A DNA stretch of 14,973 nt, the filler included, from Acidimicrobiia bacterium (GTDB lineage Bacteria; Actinomycetota; Acidimicrobiia; Spongiisociales; JAHEDJ01): the NCBI GenBank assembly GCA_029210695.1. It is 2 parts of 2 records of this genome, joined end to end, with 100 filler letters (N's around TTAATTAATTAA, not from the genome) between each part and the next. Parts side by side here need not be neighbours in the genome. Positions count along the whole stretch, not along the records: positions 1 to 7,499 come from JARGFH010000098.1; positions 7,600 to 14,973 come from JARGFH010000099.1. The stretch is one strand, 5' to 3'. Of the stretch, positions 1-8,649 are shown piece after piece (the stretch's first letter is position 1; the number at the start of each line of letters is the position of its first letter). The position numbers and the translations under genes were made by a program. Under the pieces are notes generated by a model. It was not told where the DNA came from. It did no database searches and worked only from the letters and a program-made list of their open reading frames with translations.

Positions 1-861
<861 letters not shown>

Positions 862-1025
862 GACATGGGCCTCGCGGAACCTCGCGATCTCTCGATGAGT
901 GCGCAGCAGGTCACCGAGGTCGCGGACAGGTGCATGGACCGCCAGACCGCCGAGGCGGGTGTGCAGCCTGAACTGGTAAGTCGGCTCGATGCCAAGTGGC
1001 GAGGGGTCAGCAGCCCAAGGGGACC

Positions 1026-1727
1026 TCAGAGGAACGCTATCGGACCTGGGGGCATGCAATATCCCCGTTCCCCTAGAACCGCGACGAAGATGTCGGGATC
1101 CCGCACATAGCGATCGATGTCGCCGGTTGAAGCAAGCGCAACGAACAGGGCACAGGATCGCGCCTGACAGTTCAGCGACCGCTTCGGATTGAACTCGATG
1201 TCGGTGAATCCCTGGAACCCGGACAGCTCGGAGAGCAGGGCAGGCCGCTCGCCCCAGAGCTCGAGCAGCGCTCCGATGTACAGCCAGTCGTAGAACACTG
1301 TTTTGGGTTCGAGCGGCCACGTTCGCCCCTCGTACATAAAGGCGACAAGGGCTTCCGAATCGTATTCGCGTGCCGCCTTCTTTGCCTCGGCCCCGGAGCG
1401 CGCCTCGTAGATCTCAGTATGTTGACCAGACGCGGCAAACACCTTCGAACCTTGGAAAGCCGACTCGAGCGGAATACGCCGATCGAACTCTCGAAAGGGA
1501 ACGTGGAGATTGAAAGCGCTCAATCGTGCCCCGAGAGCACGAGGAGATTTACTGGAGACTTCGAGGAGAGGTTCCCTCCCCAGATGGATGACAGCAGCCC
1601 GGTGCAGCGAGTCGATGTTCTTGCGTTTCTGGACGAGCGCGAATCCTGGATGCCACTCAAACTCGACCATCCGCTCAGCTACAAGAGCTCCCGTCGGGTC
1701 CGGTATGAACACTGGTCGTTTAGCCAC
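1026..1727 (-). CDS. darG: DarT1-associated NADAR-family antitoxin (DarG1/DUF6977-like ADP-ribosyl hydrolase)
   Basis: Family motifs MAKRPVFIP, F.WHPGFA..QK.KNI..LH, LEVSSKS...LG..LSAFNL, ESAFQGSKVF, WPLEPKT.FYDWLY, FTDIEFNPKRSLNCQARSCAL. GTG start at 1727 follows GGAGGTAGGTGA, 4 nt after the darT stop. 233 aa. Confidence 0.85.
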   Translation of the reverse strand: MAKRPVFIPDPTGALVAERMVEFEWHPGFALVQKRKNIDSLHRAAVIHLGREPLLEVSSKSPRALGARLSAFNLHVPFREFDRRIPLESAFQGSKVFAASGQHTEIYEARSGAEAKKAAREYDSEALVAFMYEGRTWPLEPKTVFYDWLYIGALLELWGERPALLSELSGFQGFTDIEFNPKRSLNCQARSCALFVALASTGDIDRYVRDPDIFVAVLGERGYCMPPGPIAFL

Positions 1728-1731
1728 GTTC

Positions 1732-2430
1732 TCACCTACCTCCCCAGAACGATCCGCAGCTAGGGTCGGTCTCGACGCTGGAAGCGATCCTGCCGGCGAG
1801 GGCTCTCGGGTCAAAGAACTCCGGGCAAATCGCGAGACCTAGCTCCGGCACGCTAAGGCCGAACTCACTGAGCTTCCATCTCTCCCGCTTCGCCTGAGCT
1901 TCGTCTCGAACGACCACACACCGGACAAGGTCGAGGGGAATGCCATCAAGCACGAGCACCTCAGCCTGATTGTCGGTGGGACAGGAGGCGAGATGCGTGA
2001 GTCCTCTGCCGATGCGCCCCGTCGGTGTGAAGTTCTCGAACATTGCGTCGAACCCATCCTTACCTTCTGCGATGTACCTACCGTGCTCCGTTGCAGCGTT
2101 GACGGGACAGAACAGTGTATTGCTCCACCAGAGCGGATCGGGCTCGATCAAGAGCACGATCCAGTCCTTGAACAGTGGCTCTCTTGCCTGGACTAACTTG
2201 AGATACCAGGCATTCGGGTATTGCACCGAGCATGACACATGGGTCTTGTGACCGTCCAGCCGCATGTGGTCGTTCGGGTAGTAGATCGCGAGCTCGTCCT
2301 GGTCCAAACGACTGGTAGCGACGATCTCACCCATCTCGACAATGAACGGAAGCGTCATGGAGCGCGTGATATGACACAGGCGAGTGATGCCTCTTGCGTC
2401 CACCTTGCCCTGAATCGGATTCGCTGTCAT
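1732..2430 (-). CDS. darT: DarT (DUF4433) ssDNA ADP-ribosyltransferase toxin, DarT1 type
   Basis: LCHIT, ND..RLDG...HVSCSVQYPN.WY, W.VL.I.P, F.P.NAA, and PTDNQAEVLV...IP with the catalytic Glu in QAE. Lies directly upstream of a NADAR gene. 232 aa. Confidence 0.88.
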   Translation of the reverse strand: MTANPIQGKVDARGITRLCHITRSMTLPFIVEMGEIVATSRLDQDELAIYYPNDHMRLDGHKTHVSCSVQYPNAWYLKLVQAREPLFKDWIVLLIEPDPLWWSNTLFCPVNAATEHGRYIAEGKDGFDAMFENFTPTGRIGRGLTHLASCPTDNQAEVLVLDGIPLDLVRCVVVRDEAQAKRERWKLSEFGLSVPELGLAICPEFFDPRALAGRIASSVETDPSCGSFWGGR

Positions 2431-3806
2431 TGGATAGACCGTTCTTCGAAGAGGCCCGGATCCACGGGAAGCAGTTGAGACTTCGTCCCGACATAGCTGA
2501 TCGCAAGATTGGTTCGGGCCCTGGTAACACCGACATACAGCAGGCGTAGGTCCTCGGCTCGAGCCTCATCGACACCAAGCGCATCCGATGCTTGCGGGTC
2601 TGGGAGATGATCGCTGCTGCAGTGCGCAATGTGCACGCTGTCGAACTCAAGACCCTTCGCTGCATGGAGCGTTCCGTAGTAGATACCGTCTGGCGCGAGG
2701 CCGTTCAGGTTCCTATCGAGCTTCTTGGCTCCTGACGGAAGGATCGATGCGAGGCGCTGCCTGTCTCCAACGGTCCGAGCCAACACGGCCACGTTGCCTT
2801 GGGATGCGAATCTCTCCACATTGGCAGCTATGCACCGGCTCTCCGCATCGACCGTGGCACAGTGAGTGAGAGTGGGAGCAGGTCCGTCCTGGCGTGCTGG
2901 CGTCAGTGGGCGGAGATCATCCACTTCGAAACCGGGAAGCACCGCGATTGCCCCAGCTACTGCCGAGATCTGCTTCGTGTTCCGATAGTTGCCGTCCAGC
3001 TCCCACAGTTTCGAGACGCTGAGCCCTGCCGATCTCCATGACATACGGTGCCCGTAGATCTGCTGTGCATAGTCGGCGAAGACCGTCACGGAACCGTCGT
3101 CAGGAATGATCTGGCTCGCTGCTCGCAGTACCTCCGGCGGGAAGTCTTGGGCTTCGTCTATCACGACATGCTTGTAGGGAAGGCGCGCCTTCCCATCTCT
3201 CAACGCGAGGTGAAGTCGATGCGGCATGTCTTGAAGGTCGTAGTCGTACCCTGCCTCACCCCGAACGCTGAGATACGAGATGTAGATGTCGAACATCGTC
3301 CCGCGATCGGCTCGCATGAGACGGGCGGAAGCTCGGCCAACGCGGTCCGCCTCTACGTAGGCAGCCTTGTCCTCGATGCCATGTCCCGCGATCCATGCGA
3401 ATTCATCGACAAAGAAACGCGTCGGGCGGCCTGCAAGCCGATGGGTCGGATGCGATTGCTTGAAAGCGCTGATCGCCTGCTCCTGCAGTCGCTTCATCGC
3501 CCACGCGTCATAGAGATCAGTGGCCCCCGTGGCCGCGAGAGCGTTGCGCCCGACCGTATGGAGTGTCAGAACGTCCACAGACGGCCCCGCCGGACCGACA
3601 AGTTGCGCCAGGTACTTGGTCAGCGCCTGCGTGTAGGTCACGAGTAGCACGCGCCCCGCATGATCGAGCCCGGAGTCGGCCAGATACCGAGAACGAAGCA
3701 CCGCCACTGTCGACTTACCGCTGCCCGCGGAACCAAGAACTACGTAGTGCCCCTCGGTGGGCAGATACAGCACCTCACGTTGCCGGCCTTTGGGCTTGAT
3801 CTCCAT
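2427..3806 (-). CDS. UvrD/Rep-like superfamily 1 helicase (compact, 459 aa)
   Basis: Walker A GSAGSGKS, Ia VTYT..L, Walker B VIDEAQD, III DYAQQIY, IV NYRNTKQI, V TLHAAKGLEFD, VI LLYVGVTRAR. ATG at 3806 follows GGAG. The stop overlaps the darT start (ATGA). Confidence 0.9.
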   Translation of the reverse strand: MEIKPKGRQREVLYLPTEGHYVVLGSAGSGKSTVAVLRSRYLADSGLDHAGRVLLVTYTQALTKYLAQLVGPAGPSVDVLTLHTVGRNALAATGATDLYDAWAMKRLQEQAISAFKQSHPTHRLAGRPTRFFVDEFAWIAGHGIEDKAAYVEADRVGRASARLMRADRGTMFDIYISYLSVRGEAGYDYDLQDMPHRLHLALRDGKARLPYKHVVIDEAQDFPPEVLRAASQIIPDDGSVTVFADYAQQIYGHRMSWRSAGLSVSKLWELDGNYRNTKQISAVAGAIAVLPGFEVDDLRPLTPARQDGPAPTLTHCATVDAESRCIAANVERFASQGNVAVLARTVGDRQRLASILPSGAKKLDRNLNGLAPDGIYYGTLHAAKGLEFDSVHIAHCSSDHLPDPQASDALGVDEARAEDLRLLYVGVTRARTNLAISYVGTKSQLLPVDPGLFEERSIQ

Positions 3807-3952
3807 CGGACTCCATAGAACGCTCGCATCCAGGTTCGACGCATGGTACAAGCGCCCGTGTCGACTCCTCCTGAGGAAGGGGGAGGCCACGTTCGCGGAC
3901 GAAACCCGGCGTCGCTGCAAGAGAACGTTCTGGTGCACGTGCACAAGCTCGA

Positions 3953-3997
3953 TAACACTCTGGTGAGAGGGTTACTGACACTCTGGTGACAGGGTTC
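3953..3997. promoter_or_regulatory. Two tandem 19-bp repeats, the first within a near-palindrome; candidate operators
   Basis: ACACTCTGGTGAGAGGGTT (3955-3973) and ACACTCTGGTGACAGGGTT (3978-3996) match at 18/19 with a 23-bp period. TAACACTCT-GGTG-AGAGGGTTA (3953-3974) is an inverted repeat with one mismatch. Located in the divergent intergenic region. Confidence 0.6.
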
Positions 3998-4001
3998 GCG
4001 C

Positions 4002-4040
4002 GGATGCTTCCTCTCGTGGACACAAAGAGAGGAGGCTTCC
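4002..4040 (+). promoter_or_regulatory. Hairpin sequestering the Shine-Dalgarno of the sigma-like gene
   Basis: GCTTCCTCTC (4006-4015) pairs with GAGAGGAGGC (4027-4036, one G:U), extended by GGA/TCC after a U-U mismatch, ending at the ATG at 4041. Confidence 0.55.
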
Positions 4041-4790
4041 ATGGGGCCGAGATCGCCGGTGAGTGCGTCGCAGACTGAGTTGCTCCGGCGGCTCGACGCC
4101 GATTGGCGAGTACTCGCCGGATCTCGGCTGATGCGAGATCGCATTCAGTCCTGGGCCGCCGGTGATGAGCGGTTGACGTTCGATGACGGTGACCAGCTTG
4201 TGGCGGCGGCCCAGCGGCGGGATGCTGCGAGTTGGGCGGATCGGGACAAGGTTCTCACCGCTCTCCTTCAACGTGCCACCAACGACGCCATCGCCAGACG
4301 CGCCGCGCTTCAGGTGGTCTTGCCGGGTGTGAAGAGCCTGATCAACGGGATTCGGGGTTGGGATGTCGAGGAGCGGGCCGCCCGGGTCGTGGCGACGGCG
4401 TTGGATGTCATCTCTTGGTGCGCCACCGAGCCGGCGGGGACGCCGCCGAGTTTCCGCATATACACGAACACGAGGCGACGCGTCCTGCGGTCGGCTGTTC
4501 GGGCACGATCTGAGCCGGTGGTGTTCGTCGACGACTACTCGTATCTCGAAGCCAGCGACGACACGCCGGATGGCAAGCCCGAGGCTCAACAGATCGACGA
4601 GTTCGTCGAGTGGGTGCGGCAACGAGCGCGGGTTCGCGACGACGCTGCCCGTCTGGTGGTGATGACCCGGATCGCTGGTGTCTCGGTGGATGAGGTGGCT
4701 GCGGCCCAAGAGGTTGATCCCCAGACGCTTCGTCAGCGCCGTCTGCAAATGGAGCGCCGGGTGCGACAGAGCCCCGTTCTTTCCCGATGA
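4041..4790 (+). CDS. Sigma-70/ECF-like regulatory protein with C-terminal region-4-type HTH
   Basis: Strong SD GAGGAGG. Region-2-like segment (RDKVLTALLQRA..DAIARRAALQVVLPGV) and HTH segment (ARLVVMTRIAGVSVDEVAAAQEVDPQTLRQRRLQMERRVR). First gene of the transfer region. Confidence 0.65.
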   Translation: MGPRSPVSASQTELLRRLDADWRVLAGSRLMRDRIQSWAAGDERLTFDDGDQLVAAAQRRDAASWADRDKVLTALLQRATNDAIARRAALQVVLPGVKSLINGIRGWDVEERAARVVATALDVISWCATEPAGTPPSFRIYTNTRRRVLRSAVRARSEPVVFVDDYSYLEASDDTPDGKPEAQQIDEFVEWVRQRARVRDDAARLVVMTRIAGVSVDEVAAAQEVDPQTLRQRRLQMERRVRQSPVLSR

Positions 4791-4894
4791 GATCTCACTC
4801 GTTCAGAGAACGCGGCGCGTTCGTCCCCATCGGCTGCCCCATACATCCGCGACCGGGCGATCAGGCCCTCGTCGCCAACGGAAGGGAGAGAGCA

Positions 4895-5200
4895 ATGCAA
4901 GCCCACTGGCCACAGCAGCCCGACGACCGACTCGGTGACCGGGACGTCCAGGCCATGACGGAAGGCCAACTCGACAGCGAGATCCGACTCGGGATGGACG
5001 ACTGGTGTGACTTGCTCGACGACCTGCTGAACACCGGCGGGATGCTTCCGTCCAGGGACTTGGCCGGCCGCGTGGTGAGCTTCTTTGAGGACGGCTATTG
5101 GCGGGCCGAGGACGCCCGGATCGAGGCGCTACGTCGTCAGATGGTCGACCGCGGCCGCCGACGGTGCTGCGTTTCGGGCCGGTCGAGAGGCATTCGATGA
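4895..5200 (+). CDS. Hypothetical protein (101 aa)
   Basis: ATG at 4895 follows GAAGGGAGAG. The stop overlaps the tcpC start (ATGA). Confidence 0.6.
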   Translation: MQAHWPQQPDDRLGDRDVQAMTEGQLDSEIRLGMDDWCDLLDDLLNTGGMLPSRDLAGRVVSFFEDGYWRAEDARIEALRRQMVDRGRRRCCVSGRSRGIR

Positions 5201-6114
5201 CCGTCGACAACCCTCAGGAAGCGCTCCCCCGTGGGAGGTATCGCCGCCGCGAGATGAGTCCGCTGCTGACCATCCGGGCTGTCCAGGTCGTCTTGTGGAT
5301 GCTCGTGATCTCCGGCCCGGTGGCGGCGCTCTTGGTGGCGAACCGGGTGTCGTCGATCGGTGACAGCCTCGATACCCTTGGTGCGTCGACCGCCGTCGAG
5401 GTGCCACCCGACACGTCCGGGGTGGAGGGCTTCGCCGAGTTGTTCATCGCTGCCTACCTCGGTGCAGGCGAGGACACGATCGATGCTCTGGATCCGTTCC
5501 TGGTCGACGTTGCCCTGGACAGCGTCGAGACCGGATCGTGGAGGGCGGTCAGGACGACGAGCCTCGGGGCGCAGGAGGTCTCCCCCGGCTACTACGCCGT
5601 GGTGGTCGCGGCAGAGGTTGTCGCCTCCGACCCCGAGTCTGGTGACCAGCCCGTGGGAGTCCGCTACTTCTCGGTCGGGGTTGCCGAGACGACGACCGGG
5701 TGGGTCGTCGTCGGGCTACCCGCGCTGATCCCACGGCCGGCGAGGGTGGCGGCACCTGAGCTTCTGATCGGACGCTTTGACGGTCTCGACGTTGCGCCGG
5801 GTTTGGAGGAGATGCTGCCCCGTTTCCTCGCTGCGTTCCTGACCGGCGCCGGGGAGCTGACCCGATACGCCTCTCCGTCCTCACCCATCGTTGCGGTGCA
5901 GCCACCGCCGTTCACCAGCGTCGAGGTCCTCCGCAGCGGTCTGGTCGAGACACCGGACGGATCCACCGAGGTCGCAGTCCTGGTTCGCGGCACGGATGCG
6001 GACGGCCGGACCCAGATTCTCGAGTACGCCCTGGTGGTCGAGCAGCGAGATGGCCGCTGGGAGGTGTCCCGACTGCTGCCCGCACCCACCCTCAAGCAAC
6101 CCGAAGCCAACTGA
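5197..6114 (+). CDS. tcpC: Conjugal transfer protein, TcpC/Tn916 Orf13 family (VirB8-like)
   Basis: N-terminal TM helix, then GFAELFIAAYL, YYAVVVAAEV, YFSVGV...W.V.GLPALIP and a second domain beginning FLAAFLTG.GELTRY. ATG at 5197. 305 aa. Confidence 0.8.
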   Translation: MTVDNPQEALPRGRYRRREMSPLLTIRAVQVVLWMLVISGPVAALLVANRVSSIGDSLDTLGASTAVEVPPDTSGVEGFAELFIAAYLGAGEDTIDALDPFLVDVALDSVETGSWRAVRTTSLGAQEVSPGYYAVVVAAEVVASDPESGDQPVGVRYFSVGVAETTTGWVVVGLPALIPRPARVAAPELLIGRFDGLDVAPGLEEMLPRFLAAFLTGAGELTRYASPSSPIVAVQPPPFTSVEVLRSGLVETPDGSTEVAVLVRGTDADGRTQILEYALVVEQRDGRWEVSRLLPAPTLKQPEAN

Positions 6115-6126
6115 GAGGAGATTCGA

Positions 6127-6396
6127 ATGATCGAAACAGCAGAAACCGTGGTCGGGAACCTGACCAACCTGGCGATTGGGGCGGCGGTGTTGATCGCCAT
6201 CGGCATGATCTTGTGGTCGTGGCTGGTGAAGCGGACCGTCTCGGCCGTGATCGGGGTGATCATCCTGGCCGCCATCGTCCTGTTCGCCATCAACGCCACC
6301 GACTGGCTTCAGCAGAAGGTGGCCGAGGACGTCGGTGCCCTCGCACCACCCGCCCATATGGTCGTAGCCGTCCCGCTTCCCGACGCGATGATCTGA
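6127..6396 (+). CDS. Small two-TM conjugation protein (TcpD/VirB2-like position)
   Basis: SD GAGGAG, two hydrophobic helices, located between tcpC and the tcpE-like gene. Confidence 0.65.
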   Translation: MIETAETVVGNLTNLAIGAAVLIAIGMILWSWLVKRTVSAVIGVIILAAIVLFAINATDWLQQKVAEDVGALAPPAHMVVAVPLPDAMI

Positions 6397-6406
6397 GGGG
6401 CGCGCG

Positions 6407-6829
6407 ATGGACGTCGATGTCTACCACTCGTATACCCAAGCGCTGCGCCATCCGGTCATCATCGGGCACGTCGCCGGTTGGCGGCTGCCGTGGGCCCTGT
6501 CGGCGTCACAACTCGGCGCGGTCGCCGGGATGAGCGGGTTGATGTTGGTAACCCGACCTCTGTGGGCGCATCTCGGTTCGATTGGCAACCTGGGGGTGTT
6601 CACTGTGGTGGTCGCCGGGGTCGGGTGGGCGGTGAGGCATTGGAGGATCGAGGGTCGCTCCCCGTTCCTGGTTGCCGCCGGCGTGGCGATGGTGTTCTTG
6701 TCGTCCGGATGCCGGCGGGGTGTACGCAACGGAGCGCCGGTTTCTCAGGCACGGCCGACTCGCGGAAATCCGGTTGGAACGGTGATCCGGTGCGCATCAG
6801 CGACCCAACGGAGCCGCACCGATGGCTAA
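6407..6829 (+). CDS. TcpE/VirB3-like conjugation membrane protein
   Basis: YT.ALRHP.IIGHVAGWRLPW.LS..QL, two TM segments, then RIEGRSP. Directly precedes and overlaps the VirB4-like gene. Confidence 0.65.
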   Translation: MDVDVYHSYTQALRHPVIIGHVAGWRLPWALSASQLGAVAGMSGLMLVTRPLWAHLGSIGNLGVFTVVVAGVGWAVRHWRIEGRSPFLVAAGVAMVFLSSGCRRGVRNGAPVSQARPTRGNPVGTVIRCASATQRSRTDG

Positions 6830-7499
6830 CCCGCTTCCGGTTCACAGCATCGCCGGCCATCTGGTGTGGGGCACCGATGGGGCGGTGTGGGCGTGCTTCG
6901 AGGTGGAGCCGTTCGCCTATGCGCACCGTTCGGTTCGGGACGCCCGGGGGGTGCATTCCCGCACCACCGCCGCCCTCCTGGCGCTCCCGGCCCACTCGCT
7001 GATCCTCTCGATCTCTCACGGCCTGTCGCGGGAGGAACTCGAAGACCGGATCCGCGGCACGGGCGACCTGATTCGGCCGCCTGGCTGGGCGGGCACGGCC
7101 CGGCGTGTTGCAGACCGACTCGCCGCCGAGCCCGTGCATGAGCGCCGCTGGTACCTCGCCCTTCGCCTCCCCGACTCCCGCGGCGGTCGCCGAATGATAG
7201 ATCGCATCCGTGCTGCGTCGACGGAGGTGGCATCGGCATTCGGTGCCCCATCGGCCCCTCCAGGACCTGGACGGCTGGCAATGTTGACGTCACAGGCGAG
7301 TCTCCTGGCAGACCAGCTCTCGCAGCATCTCGGTATCCGACCGCTCGACGCAGGGGAGGTCCGCTGGCTCTATGAGCGGGCGGTGCTTCGTGGTCTCCTC
7401 GACCCGCCTCTCCCCCGACCGGGCACTGGCAGCGATCGTCTATCGGTGGTCCGACTCGACCGTGACGCCATCTATTTCGAAGGTGGTTGCCGTACCGAC
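6822..7499 (+). CDS. VirB4/TcpF-like conjugation ATPase, N-terminal part (truncated by the assembly gap)
   Basis: P...IAGHLVWGTDGAVWACFEV and ERRWYLALRLP resemble actinobacterial ICE VirB4 N-termini, and the operon position fits. Walker motifs would lie beyond the gap and are not seen. Confidence 0.6.
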
Positions 7500-7599
7500 N
7501 NNNNNNNNNNNNNNNNNNNNNNNNNNNNNNNNNNNNNNNNNNNTTAATTAATTAANNNNNNNNNNNNNNNNNNNNNNNNNNNNNNNNNNNNNNNNNNNN
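7500..7599. other. Artificial contig-joining spacer (44 N + TTAATTAATTAA + 44 N)
   Basis: Exactly 100 nt, symmetric, with a six-frame stop linker at 7544-7555. Confidence 0.97.
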
Positions 7600-7764
7600 G
7601 TGCCACGAACCCTGCCACAGCGGGGATCGTCCGGCAGGAGACCAAGTCACCAAATCCGCGACGGACCACTAGAAGAAGGGCCGATTGGTCCCCTGAACGG
7701 TCATCCGGACCCTGTGCTCCGATTAACAGACGTGGCAACGTGGCGGAGTAGTCGGGAGGTCTGG

Positions 7765-8649
7765 TTGCTTTCGCTGGTTGACCTTCACAAGCGGTTTGGC
7801 AATGTAGTGGCGCTGGACGGCGCAGGCTTCGACGTGGCGCCCGGACGGATCGTCGGATTCCTCGGACCGAACGGCGCCGGCAAGACCACGGCGATGCGTT
7901 GCGTGTTTGGCCTCGTCGATCCCGATGCCGGTTCGGTGACCTGGAATGGCACACCCGTCGACCATCGCGACCGCCTCACATTCGGCTACATGCCGGAGGA
8001 ACGAGGGCTTTACCCCAAGATGAAGATCGGGGAGCAACTCGCCTATTTCGGCCGGCTTTCCGGGCTCAGCCGGTCGGATGCCGCCGCCGAAGCGTCCATC
8101 TGGCTCCACCAACTCGGACTCGCCGATCGCTCACTGTCCAAGTTGGAGGAGCTGTCGCACGGCAACCAGCAGCGCGTCCAGCTGGCAGCTTCGCTCGTCC
8201 ACAGGCCAAGACTGGCGGTACTCGATGAGCCATTCGCCGGTCTCGATCCACTCGGAGTCGAGGCAATGGCCGACATCCTGCGCCGGCTCGCCGACTCAGG
8301 CATGGGCGTCGTGTTCTCGAGCCATCAACTCGACCTCGTCGAGGACGTGTGCGAGGACGTCGTCATCATCGACCACGGTCGAGTAATGGTCTCGGGAATC
8401 CTCGAGACACTCAAGAGCCGATCCGAGTTCCTCCACCTCGAAGTGACCGTCAACGGACACGAGTGGAAGCCGCAGAGTGCCGGAGCACAGTTCCTCGGCA
8501 ACGCTCGCGGAAGCAATCGGTACCTGATCGACCGTCAGACCGACCTCGCCCAGCTCCTCGAACAGGCGCAGGCCGACGGAACGGTTACGAAGTTCGCGGT
8601 TGAACCACCCCGGCTTTCCGACATCTTCAGAGAGGCGGTGCGGCGATGA
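7765..8649 (+). CDS. ABC-2 type exporter ATP-binding subunit (NatA-like)
   Basis: Walker A GPNGAGKT, GYMPEERGLYPKM, signature LSHGNQQR, Walker B VLDEPFAGLD, H-loop FSSHQL. TTG start at 7765 follows GGAGG. Confidence 0.93.
   Translation: MLSLVDLHKRFGNVVALDGAGFDVAPGRIVGFLGPNGAGKTTAMRCVFGLVDPDAGSVTWNGTPVDHRDRLTFGYMPEERGLYPKMKIGEQLAYFGRLSGLSRSDAAAEASIWLHQLGLADRSLSKLEELSHGNQQRVQLAASLVHRPRLAVLDEPFAGLDPLGVEAMADILRRLADSGMGVVFSSHQLDLVEDVCEDVVIIDHGRVMVSGILETLKSRSEFLHLEVTVNGHEWKPQSAGAQFLGNARGSNRYLIDRQTDLAQLLEQAQADGTVTKFAVEPPRLSDIFREAVRR

Noticed and set aside
3922..3944. Adjacent palindromes AGAACGTTCT and GTGCACGTGCAC as an SOS box or operator
   Set aside because: They do not fit the GAAC-N4-GTTC LexA spacing and are short enough to arise by chance.
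3807..3944. N-terminal extension of the helicase ORF (also the extensions at 1728-1814, 5098-5196, 7600-7764, 11646-11849 and 11869-11988)
   Set aside because: Downstream starts have better Shine-Dalgarno sequences or coupling and coincide with where recognisable domain sequence begins.
3955..3996. Mini CRISPR array
   Set aside because: Only two 19-bp copies separated by 4 bp, with no spacers and no cas genes.
3972..4748. 258-aa minus-strand ORF (and 14060-14830 +)
   Set aside because: Antisense shadows of better-supported genes with no motifs of their own.
4808..4822. LexA box
   Set aside because: The spacing is GAAC-N7-GTTC, not the actinobacterial GAAC-N4-GTTC.
7544..7555. TTAATTAATTAA as a biological repeat
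   Set aside because: Synthetic linker embedded in the N run.
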